21,476 nucleotides of DNA from a virus (IMGVR_UViG_648276645_000003:1-21476); one strand, 5' to 3'; shown: positions 9,453 through 17,204, counted from the stretch's first letter. A program made the numbers and translations. Notes: generated by a model not told the origin, from the letters alone.

Positions 9453-10208
9453 GTGGTGTTTGAACATGATGTCAACACAAAGGCAACTAATAAAGATACA
9501 GATAAAGATCTAAAAACAGATCTAACCCATCCCAAACCCTTCCCTTCCGGAAGGGCGTTTCGGGATTTTGTGGCTGGAGTGCTTGAGGGGAGATTATCTG
9601 GCGGTACTGCAGCGGAATTTTGTAATTCTGCGGTGGTTGCGTTGCAGGCTGCTGGCCTGGATGTCTGTCGTGAGTATCCGGTGCCAGAGCGTGGTGACGG
9701 TTGCGGTGGGCGGATTGATATCGTCGTGACTGACAGGAACGGTGTCCGGTGTGGGATCGAGCTTGACCGAAATTCTCCGCGACAGAAATCACTGCTCAAA
9801 ATCGGTGCTGTTGAAACCGGGATATGTGTCTTGCGGCGCAGTGATATCGCAAGGCACACCGAGCAGGGAATTCTGGTTATCGGCGGGGCTGTTCGCCAGA
9901 AAAAATTTGACCCGTTGTCAGTTGATCTGCCCGACTGGTTGCCAGAAACACTCTGGCATGAGTGGGTCCAGTTCAGGCAGGCATTGCGTAAACCGATTCG
10001 AACGGAGCAGGGCGCTAACGGGGCGATACGGGAGCTGGAAAAATTCCGCCAGCAGGGTTTTTCACCTGAGCAGGTGATTCGACACAGCATCGCCAATGAA
10101 TACCAGGGCTTGTTCGTGCCAAAAGGTGTTCGACCTGAGACGTTACTCCGACAGGTTAACACCGTCTCGTTACCGGATAGTGCGATCCCGCCAGGCTTTA
10201 GGGGGTAA
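9453..10208 (+). CDS. ydaU: YdaU-like replication-region protein, C-terminal segment
   Basis: Listed ORF starts at a GTG at 9453, but its frame is open back to 9309 with no ATG; basic linker (KKSAAGKASVQARRSRKEADVQ) when read from 9309; lies just upstream of the DnaC-like gene. Confidence 0.55.
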   Translation: MVFEHDVNTKATNKDTDKDLKTDLTHPKPFPSGRAFRDFVAGVLEGRLSGGTAAEFCNSAVVALQAAGLDVCREYPVPERGDGCGGRIDIVVTDRNGVRCGIELDRNSPRQKSLLKIGAVETGICVLRRSDIARHTEQGILVIGGAVRQKKFDPLSVDLPDWLPETLWHEWVQFRQALRKPIRTEQGANGAIRELEKFRQQGFSPEQVIRHSIANEYQGLFVPKGVRPETLLRQVNTVSLPDSAIPPGFRG

Positions 10209-10214
10209 CTGACC

Positions 10215-10949
10215 ATGAAAAATATTGCGGCAGGCGGCATTCTTGAACGTATCCGCAGACTGGCCCCGCCACATGTAACCGCCCCATTCAAAACGGTAGC
10301 GGAGTGGCGCGAGTGGCAACTTTCCGAAGGCCAGAAACGTTGTGAGGAGATCAACCGTCAGAATCGTCAGTTGCGGGTGGAAAAAATTCTGAATCGCTCT
10401 GGCATCCAGCCATTGCACCGCAAATGCTCGTTTGCGAATTACCAGGTGCAGAACGACGGTCAGCGATACGCGTTGAACCAAGCGAAATCTATCGCTGATG
10501 AACTGATGACCGGGTGTACAAATTTTGCGTTCAGCGGAAAACCTGGTACCGGAAAAAACCATCTGGCGGCGGCTATCGGGAATCGCCTGCTGAAAGATGG
10601 CCAGACAGTGATTGTGGTTACCGTGGCTGATGTCATGAGTGCTCTACACGCCAGCTATGACGACGGGCAATCAGGCGAAAAATTTTTGCGGGAACTGTGC
10701 CAAGTGGATCTGCTGGTTCTTGATGAAATTGGCATTCAGCGCGAGACAAAAAACGAGCAGGTGGTGCTGCACCAGATTGTTGATCGCCGGACAGCGTCGA
10801 TGCGCAGCGTGGGGATGCTGACAAACCTGAACTATGAGGCTATGAAAACATTGCTCGGCGAGCGGATTATGGATCGCATGACCATGAACGGCGGACGCTG
10901 GGTGAATTTTAACTGGGAGAGCTGGCGTTCGAATGTTGGCTTGCGATGA
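10215..10949 (+). CDS. ydaV: Replication protein, DnaC-like helicase loader (YdaV-like)
   Basis: 244-aa ORF; Walker A FSGKPGTGKNHLAAAIG and Walker B DLLVLDEIG; typical position after the O-like gene. Confidence 0.85.
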   Translation: MKNIAAGGILERIRRLAPPHVTAPFKTVAEWREWQLSEGQKRCEEINRQNRQLRVEKILNRSGIQPLHRKCSFANYQVQNDGQRYALNQAKSIADELMTGCTNFAFSGKPGTGKNHLAAAIGNRLLKDGQTVIVVTVADVMSALHASYDDGQSGEKFLRELCQVDLLVLDEIGIQRETKNEQVVLHQIVDRRTASMRSVGMLTNLNYEAMKTLLGERIMDRMTMNGGRWVNFNWESWRSNVGLR

Positions 10950-10990
10950 TTTTTATGAGGAAATAATCGACGAATGAGGGCTAATGTCTG

Positions 10991-11087
10991 GTCACCCGGT
11001 TGACAATTACAAATATTTTATTGACGATGAATGGAAAATGCGTGACGATTACAATATATGACTTGTCAAAGTATAATGAGAGATTGC
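10991..11087. promoter_or_regulatory. Iteron-like repeat array and promoter region upstream of the AAA+ ATPase gene
   Basis: TGAC(A/G)AT direct repeats begin at 11001, 11022 and 11043 (exact 21-bp period); inverted copy TTGTCAA at 11063-11069 and GTCAC at 10991-10995; -10 candidates TACAAT 11050-11055 and TATAAT 11072-11077. Confidence 0.5.
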
Positions 11088-12191
11088 ATGAAGATTAACC
11101 ATGAGGATTTAATTGATCTTATAAAGGCATCACTGGATGCGAATTACAGCGAAGTTCGTAGTGTTAGTAATCGCATTGTTCGCGCAATTAGCGCTCAGGA
11201 TGCTGACTTAGCAAAGCAAATTAAGTCTATCATCCGTAAAAAAGGGGTACCATTACGTAGCTCTGGTTATACGGACAGTTTGCCCTTAGATCCGAAATCA
11301 AGGATGCCTTTAGTGGAAGAAGTCGAATGGCCTGCAACGCCTTTATTTCTTTCTGATGAATCACAGCATATTTTTCATGCTTTTATTCAGAATGTTATCC
11401 ATCAGAATGAACTTATAGAGAATGGAATTCCAGGTAAATTGAATTTACTTCTTTCTGGTCCGCCAGGAACAGGTAAGACATTAGTCGCTGGTCATATCGC
11501 ATCCAAATTAAACAAACCGCTCTATGTTGTTCGGCTTGACTCTGTTATTTCTTCTCTGTTAGGTGATACAGCGAAGAACCTAAGACAGATTTTTGACTTC
11601 GTCCCGACAAAAGATGGTGTGTTATTTCTTGATGAAGTAGATGCGGTTGCTAAGCTTCGTGATGACAATCAGGAAGTTGGAGAGTTAAAAAGAGTTGTTA
11701 ACACATTAATCCAAGGACTGGATTCTCTTGATGATTCTGCTATTGTCATTGCTGCAACTAATCATTCGAAGCTATTGGATCCAGCAATTTGGAGACGTTT
11801 CCCATATAAAATTAGCTTTGGTTTGCCTGGACAAGATGTCAGATGTGCTATGTGGGAACATTTTTTATTTAGAGATGATACGGATTCATTTCTAAGTAAA
11901 ATGTTATCTATCATATCAACTGGGCTAACAGGTGCTGATATTGAAAATATCAGTTTATCTGCAAGAAGGCATAGTGTTTTATCTGGCAATGGACTGGATA
12001 TACCATCTGTTGTTTATGCTATATTGAATAGCGTTGCGGATAGTACAGCAATTCCTTTTGGTAAGGATATAAATTCGAGTGTTAAGAAAAATTTAGCGAA
12101 GGAATTATCTAAGTTTAAATTATCACAGGCAGATATCGGTAGACTTTTAAATGTGAGCAGGCAAACTATATCAGGTTATTTCAAGGAATAA
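11058..12191 (+). CDS. Classical-clade AAA+ ATPase with C-terminal HTH-like tail
   Basis: Walker A GPPGTGKT (residues 134-141), Walker B VLFLDEVD (188-195), sensor-1 IAATN, second-region-of-homology-like LLDPAIWRRF; C-terminal LSQADIGRLLNVSRQTISGYF resembles an HTH; alternative ATG at 11088 has a GAGAG RBS; AT-rich (~35% GC). Confidence 0.85.
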   Translation: MTCQSIMRDCMKINHEDLIDLIKASLDANYSEVRSVSNRIVRAISAQDADLAKQIKSIIRKKGVPLRSSGYTDSLPLDPKSRMPLVEEVEWPATPLFLSDESQHIFHAFIQNVIHQNELIENGIPGKLNLLLSGPPGTGKTLVAGHIASKLNKPLYVVRLDSVISSLLGDTAKNLRQIFDFVPTKDGVLFLDEVDAVAKLRDDNQEVGELKRVVNTLIQGLDSLDDSAIVIAATNHSKLLDPAIWRRFPYKISFGLPGQDVRCAMWEHFLFRDDTDSFLSKMLSIISTGLTGADIENISLSARRHSVLSGNGLDIPSVVYAILNSVADSTAIPFGKDINSSVKKNLAKELSKFKLSQADIGRLLNVSRQTISGYFKE

Positions 12192-12193
12192 TT

Positions 12194-14461
12194 ATGGTCA
12201 GTGAAAATAAAGCTAAAATTTTAAACCCAATAATTACTTTATTGAAACCACCAACGCCAGAGGCGATTCCTGTTGGAGGGAAAAGTCGTAAAAATATTGT
12301 TGGTTCACGGTTGAAACAACAGCGTGAAGTTTTATCCTCAGAGATAGATTCCATATTAAGAACAGAAAGTGAAATAGTTAAACATCGTGGTAAGTATCAT
12401 ATAGTAACAAGTATGTTTGAGGACTCATATGCACCATCGTTTATACCAGATTCATTATTCTGTCCCAGTGTTGAATGTAAGATAGTTGCACCAGCATACA
12501 ATGGATATTTAATTGAGGTCAATAGCAATGCTTTATTGAAGTTGAAAAATAAAATTAATAATGCAAAAGCTATTACTGATCTTGTGGATATTTCAAGGGT
12601 TAGAAGTGTTAGTCTTTTTGATTCATCTTGTACATTGCGAAATAGTAGCCTTGATTCGCTCTGGAATACAGTTAAGGCTTTGAATACATTTCAATTTAAT
12701 GTGTGGTTTATGCCTTTTTTTGATGAGCTTTCTAGAGAGTCTGTAGTTTCAACTTTTTTAAATTTTTTAAATGATGGTATCATCGCTTTTGGTTATTCAG
12801 ATTTTGACATAAAAACTATAAATCAAGATGCTGCTGTTGGCGGGGATAATATAGTCATAGTTCCACCGTTACTTATTGAAGCGATAAAAAAGTATCGTAA
12901 ATCAGGTCAAGCATCCGTTACCGTCACTGTAGAGACTAAAGATAGTTTAAACAGGATGCTGAATAGCAGTGCTGTGTATCGTATAGATCCTGTATCACCG
13001 CTAAACGTAACAGATACTCCTCCTGGTAATGGGGCTGAACCTGTTCCACCAATATTGGGGGATAAGAAAATGCCAACTGTAGTTGTAATTGATGGTGGGT
13101 GCAATGCGAAATCATATTCAAAATTAAATATATATAAACTAAATCCGCTAATTCCAGATCATGATGCAGATTGTAAACATGGTAATAAAGTTGTATCGTT
13201 GTTATGTCACGGTTATGCTTGGAATAATAATTTAAACTTACCTAAATTGCAATGTAGCTATATAAGTGCACAGGCTATTGCGAAAAGGGGAGTGTTGAAA
13301 CAACCAACTCCGGATCAATTTTTAAATTATTTAAGAATGGTTGCTGACAAAACGTCATCTATCGCCAAGGTCTGGAATCTTTCGTTTAATGAAGACGCTC
13401 CTCATTATAACTGTAATGAGATAAGTTATCTGGGACATAAAATCAGTTTGTTGGCTCGAGAATTTGGTATTCTGCCTGTAATATCTATCGGTAATGTTTC
13501 AAAGAACGAAAAACAAAAAAATCTTTGTCCGCCCGCAGATTGTGAGTCAGGAATTACAGTAAGTGGGAGAACGGCCAATCATGAAGGAATGCCTTCAGAT
13601 GGCTGTCCTTTAAGTCGGAAAGGCCCTGCTCCTGCAGGAATGAAAAAACCTGAGTTATCATGGTTTTCTCGAGTTAGGGTGATAGGTGGAACAGTAGATA
13701 TCGGAACAAGTTTTAGTGCTCCATTAGTTTCATCTATTGCTGCTCATACCTTTTCGAATATTAAAAATGCCACTCCTGATTTGGTTAGGGCATTATTGAT
13801 TAACAGGAGTGAGTTGCTTTCTCATGATGATGCATTAGGATGGGGGACTCCTTGGGATGGCGATTTACTGCCATGGTATTGTAAAGATGGCAGTGTCACA
13901 TTAACGTGGATATCTAAGTTAAAGGCTGGGGCTGCTTATTATTGGAACGATCTTCCATTACCTCCAGAGATGTTAGTTAATGGTAAATTAGTTGGTGAGA
14001 TATCTCTGACAGCTATACTAAAACCTAAGGTTTCTGAGTTCGGAAGTGAGAACTATTTTTCGACAAGGCTCCAATGTTCGTTACAGGCAATAAAAGAAAT
14101 TAACGGGACGCTAAAAACAGAAAGCCTTCTTGGGTCAATGAAAGAATCTTCTGTTGATGAGCGTAAAGCTAGAAATGAACTTTCTAAATGGAGCCCTATT
14201 CGCCATCATGCAGAGTCGTTTAAGAGAAAAGATATAACAGGGTGTAAAATTCGGCTTTATGCTAGGATATATGCTAGAGATTTGTATCAGTATGGGTTAA
14301 ATAACCAACGGGAGCTTGAAGAGCAAGAGGTTTCCTTTGTTTTAACTTTTAAAAGTGTATCAGGATCGTCCTCAATATATACATCAATGGTTCAGCAACT
14401 TGGTGTTTATGTTGAAAGTGCTGTTATAGATAATCACATTAACATAGATGTTAATAAGTGA
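12194..14461 (+). CDS. Subtilisin-like (S8) serine protease, large multi-domain, cytoplasmic
   Basis: 755-aa ORF starting 2 nt after the ATPase stop, with AGGA RBS inside the ATPase 3' end; ordered S8 motifs VVVIDGG (Asp300), CKHGNKV (His329), GTSFSAP (Ser507); no N-terminal signal peptide; about 290 aa N-terminal and 235 aa C-terminal of the catalytic core unassigned; AT-rich. Confidence 0.8.
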   Translation: MVSENKAKILNPIITLLKPPTPEAIPVGGKSRKNIVGSRLKQQREVLSSEIDSILRTESEIVKHRGKYHIVTSMFEDSYAPSFIPDSLFCPSVECKIVAPAYNGYLIEVNSNALLKLKNKINNAKAITDLVDISRVRSVSLFDSSCTLRNSSLDSLWNTVKALNTFQFNVWFMPFFDELSRESVVSTFLNFLNDGIIAFGYSDFDIKTINQDAAVGGDNIVIVPPLLIEAIKKYRKSGQASVTVTVETKDSLNRMLNSSAVYRIDPVSPLNVTDTPPGNGAEPVPPILGDKKMPTVVVIDGGCNAKSYSKLNIYKLNPLIPDHDADCKHGNKVVSLLCHGYAWNNNLNLPKLQCSYISAQAIAKRGVLKQPTPDQFLNYLRMVADKTSSIAKVWNLSFNEDAPHYNCNEISYLGHKISLLAREFGILPVISIGNVSKNEKQKNLCPPADCESGITVSGRTANHEGMPSDGCPLSRKGPAPAGMKKPELSWFSRVRVIGGTVDIGTSFSAPLVSSIAAHTFSNIKNATPDLVRALLINRSELLSHDDALGWGTPWDGDLLPWYCKDGSVTLTWISKLKAGAAYYWNDLPLPPEMLVNGKLVGEISLTAILKPKVSEFGSENYFSTRLQCSLQAIKEINGTLKTESLLGSMKESSVDERKARNELSKWSPIRHHAESFKRKDITGCKIRLYARIYARDLYQYGLNNQRELEEQEVSFVLTFKSVSGSSSIYTSMVQQLGVYVESAVIDNHINIDVNK

Positions 14462-14501
14462 TGTACAGAAACTGATTTATTATTATGTTAATTAATGTAT
14501 T

Positions 14502-14522
14502 ACCCGCCTCGGCGGGTTTTTT
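14502..14522 (+). terminator. Rho-independent terminator of the ATPase-protease operon
   Basis: GC stem CCCGC/GCGGG with 4-nt loop, followed by T6 at 14517-14522, about 40 bp past the protease stop. Confidence 0.75.
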
Positions 14523-14555
14523 ATCTGCCGATGGTGAAGGTTGAAAAATAATCAC

Positions 14556-14620
14556 ATATTTGATTGTATGCGCAGCAAGAAATAAAAGTCATTGCGTTCG
14601 CACATTAAACAATCAAATAT
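14556..14620. repeat. 12-bp perfect inverted repeat pair with 41-bp spacer
   Basis: ATATTTGATTGT at 14556-14567 and its reverse complement ACAATCAAATAT at 14609-14620. Confidence 0.6.
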
Positions 14621-14704
14621 ACAACATGAAATAAACATTCTGTGTATATATATTTTTGCCTCCAGGTAGATATAAACCTCTTTCCTTAGAGGCTTGGAGG
14701 CATC

Positions 14705-14917
14705 GTGAAAAACTCACAGGAATCTTTTAGCACTAAATTTGCAGTCATACGTTGTGATGATCTGTCAGTTATTGTTGAAATGGATTATTTCCCTGATACA
14801 CAAAAAGCAATGATGTATCGGAATGGCCGCAAGGCAATTTTTTTACCGATGAGGAATAGTGATATTATGGGAAATGATAAATTGCCAGATGAATTGCGAG
14901 TCAGGGCATCCTGTTAG
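14705..14917 (+). CDS. Small hypothetical protein in the AT-rich island
   Basis: 70-aa ORF with GTG start preceded by GGAGG (14696-14700, 4-nt spacer); AT-rich like the upstream operon; no recognisable motif. Confidence 0.45.
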   Translation: MKNSQESFSTKFAVIRCDDLSVIVEMDYFPDTQKAMMYRNGRKAIFLPMRNSDIMGNDKLPDELRVRASC

Positions 14918-14988
14918 TATTGGCATTGATTCTGGTATACTACACAACGGGCTGAACACCCATTCTACTGCGCCAGCGGAGAACTACG

Positions 14989-15588
14989 ATGGCGCATATA
15001 CAACTGGTCAAACAAACCTCTTCCGGATTACTTCTCCCGGCGACGCCGGAGAGTTGTGATTTTCTGCATCAAATAAAAATAGGTGAGTGGATACACGCAG
15101 ACTTTAAGCGTGTGCGTAACTACGCATTCCACAAGCGTTTTTTCAAACTCCTGCAACTGGGATTCGATTACTGGACTCCGGTCGGTGGGGCGATCACGCC
15201 TCGCGAACGAGAACTGCTGTCTGGTTTCGTGGATTACCTGTGCGAATCAGTTGGTCGGGAACATACGCCAGCCCTGAGTGATGCCGCAGAGCAATACCTT
15301 AACACCGTTGCGACTCGCAGAACCCGGGATACGGCGTTGCTAAAGTCGTTTGAGGCTTTCCGCGAGTGGGTAACCATTCAGGCCGGATTTTACACCGAGC
15401 ATATTTATCCGGACGGTAGCCGTGGGCGTCGGGCAAAATCCATCGCTTTTGCGAATATGGACGAAGTCGAGTTTCAGCAGGTTTATAAATCTGTACTGAA
15501 TGTGCTGTGGAACTGGATTCTGTTCCGTAAATTCTCCTCTCAGGAGGAAGTTGAAAATGTGGCCGCACAACTACTGGAGTTTGCGTAA
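14989..15588 (+). CDS. Conserved lambdoid nin-region protein, function unknown
   Basis: 199-aa ORF with GGAGAA RBS; backbone-like GC content; first gene of a translationally coupled block leading to the Q-like gene. Confidence 0.7.
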   Translation: MAHIQLVKQTSSGLLLPATPESCDFLHQIKIGEWIHADFKRVRNYAFHKRFFKLLQLGFDYWTPVGGAITPRERELLSGFVDYLCESVGREHTPALSDAAEQYLNTVATRRTRDTALLKSFEAFREWVTIQAGFYTEHIYPDGSRGRRAKSIAFANMDEVEFQQVYKSVLNVLWNWILFRKFSSQEEVENVAAQLLEFA

Positions 15589-15878
15589 TGGTGAATTTAC
15601 GTAAAGCGGCTAAAGGCCAGATGTGCCAGATCAGAATCCCTGGCTACTGCAATCACAATCCCGAAACCTCTGTGCTGGCGCATTACAGGCTGGCGGGGAC
15701 GTGCGGAACAGCGACAAAACCACACGATATGCAGGCGGCGATAGCCTGTAGCTCATGCCACGATCTAATCGACGGGCGGGTAAAAACCAGCGATTACACC
15801 AAAGAAGAATTGCGCCTGATGCATGCTGAAGGGGGTTTTCGCACACAAGAAATCTGGAGAAAGAAAGGTCATTTATGA
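15588..15878 (+). CDS. Small Cys-rich phage protein (possible zinc-binding), function unknown
   Basis: 96-aa ORF, TAATG overlap with the upstream gene; Cys clusters (CQIRIPGYC and CSSCHDLIDG). Confidence 0.65.
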   Translation: MVNLRKAAKGQMCQIRIPGYCNHNPETSVLAHYRLAGTCGTATKPHDMQAAIACSSCHDLIDGRVKTSDYTKEELRLMHAEGGFRTQEIWRKKGHL

Positions 15879-16417
15879 TTTACCCAACAAATACAGGTAA
15901 AAGCGGGGAACACCTTCGTCTCACCACGCTGGAAAGTGTCTGGATTCAGGGAAAACTGCGCATGTGGGGGCGCTGGTCGTATATTGGCGGCGGTAAGACG
16001 GGGAATATGTTCAACCAGTTGTTGGGCTCTAAAAAGCTGACAAAAACGGCAATTAACGAGGCGCTCCGGAGGATGAAAAAAGCAGGCCTGAACAAGTCTG
16101 AACTTGAGGCTTTTTTGCGGGATATGATTAACGGTAAGCAAAAGAGCTGGCTGGCGCATTGTACTGATGCAGAGGCGTTATGTATTGATCGGGTCATAAG
16201 TGAGGTGCTGGCAGAGCATCCAGGATTGATTAGCGTCCTTCGGCAACGGTATGAGGGGCGGGGGATGACCAAACGCAAAATGGCTGAATTGCTAAATGAT
16301 GCACACCCAGAGTGGTGTTTTAGCACATGCGAAAAGCGAATTGCTAATTGGTTAGCCGTTGCTGAATATGCCCTGTATATTCCCATGCGAGAATCATTTG
16401 CTCAAAAAATAGCTTGA
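15875..16417 (+). CDS. Putative late-gene antiterminator (Q-like)
   Basis: 180-aa ORF, ATGA overlap with the upstream gene; last gene before a terminator hairpin, the tRNA cluster and the lysis cassette; assignment is positional. Confidence 0.55.
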   Translation: MIYPTNTGKSGEHLRLTTLESVWIQGKLRMWGRWSYIGGGKTGNMFNQLLGSKKLTKTAINEALRRMKKAGLNKSELEAFLRDMINGKQKSWLAHCTDAEALCIDRVISEVLAEHPGLISVLRQRYEGRGMTKRKMAELLNDAHPEWCFSTCEKRIANWLAVAEYALYIPMRESFAQKIA

Positions 16418-16500
16418 TTTTTTACGCATAAATTGCTTCAATTCCGGTATGCTTCGCAAAGCTGTATCGCGAGGCGAACCAAGCGCATGAACTTTACCAG

Positions 16501-16529
16501 AACCCGCCATTGAGCGGGTTTTGTTGTTT
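16501..16529 (+). terminator. Terminator-like hairpin downstream of the Q-like gene (tR'-like candidate)
   Basis: Stem ACCCGC/GCGGGT with 6-nt loop followed by TTTTGTTGTTT. Confidence 0.55.
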
Positions 16530-16569
16530 CTGGGGGGCATTTCGTTAAATGAAGCTGTGTTGTGCGCAA

Positions 16570-16603
16570 TTAGCTAATAACACGAATCGTGAATGTATAT
16601 AAT
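16570..16603 (+). promoter_or_regulatory. Candidate promoter with operator-like palindrome upstream of the tRNA cluster
   Basis: TATAAT at 16598-16603; 11-bp palindrome CACGAATCGTG at 16581-16591 in the spacer, matching the core of the immunity-region palindrome; -35 weak (TAATAA). Confidence 0.4.
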
Positions 16604-16671
16604 GCGCTTGTTCCTTCGATGGTGTATTCGAATAACGGATTACTGAATACAGCTATCCCATTAAGGGAACA

Positions 16672-16745
16672 CCGCCATCTGCTCATCGGGAAGAGCCGAC
16701 CATCATTTAAGTGGTAGGTGTGAGGTTCGATACCTCGGTGGCGGT
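16672..16745 (+). other. tRNA-like cloverleaf (possible non-canonical or degenerate tRNA, anticodon-loop CAUUUAA)
   Basis: Hand-folded: 7-bp acceptor stem (CCGCCAT/GTGGCGG), D-arm GCTC/GAGC with GGG loop, T-arm with TTCGATA loop; but C at position 8, A at position 33, an extra nucleotide at position 26 and no encoded CCA. Confidence 0.35.
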
Positions 16746-16750
16746 TCTGT

Positions 16751-16826
<76 letters not shown>

Positions 16827-16829
16827 TAT

Positions 16830-16904
<75 letters not shown>

Positions 16905-17179
16905 GCATTTGAAATAAGCCTTATTGTATTGCAGCACTGGCGTATTTTTATTACGTGGGAGCAGGTTGTTTCGAAAAAGCATTCTGTTCTCTGGCTATGA
17001 TTTGAGGCCAGGTGTAGCCTCAGTGCTGATTTTTTTACGGCAGCAGAATGGTGCATTATCGGTGGAGATTTTGTATTTCCTTGCAGGGCCGGTGATGTGC
17101 CATCCCGATGTTGTAAACATCGCTAAAAATGACATTGAGATTAATCATATACTAAGCAAAACCTGGAAATACATCCTTT

Positions 17180-17204
17180 ACCGCCTCCACCGGGCGGTTT
17201 TTTT
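17180..17204 (+). terminator. Rho-independent terminator after the tRNA cluster
   Basis: Stem CCGCC/GGCGG with 7-nt loop followed by T7 at 17198-17204. Confidence 0.7.

Noticed and set aside
9437-10354. 305-aa minus-strand ORF antisense to the YdaU-like and DnaC-like genes
   Set aside because: Entirely antisense to two genes with clear motifs; Ser/Arg/Pro-rich composition typical of a spurious frame in GC-rich coding DNA; no RBS
11063-11077. TTGTCA followed by TATAAT read as a -35/-10 pair
   Set aside because: Spacer is only 3 bp; TTGTCAA is more plausibly an inverted copy of the upstream TGACAA repeat, and the -35 for this -10 would have to be the weak TTACAA at 11049-11054
12907-13121. 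Two minus-strand ORFs (65 and 61 aa) inside the S8 protease gene
   Set aside because: Antisense to a gene with ordered catalytic motifs; no RBS; low-complexity translations
15946-16386. 146-aa minus-strand ORF antisense to the Q-like gene
   Set aside because: The plus-strand gene is translationally coupled to its upstream neighbours and is in the expected position; the antisense frame has no start context
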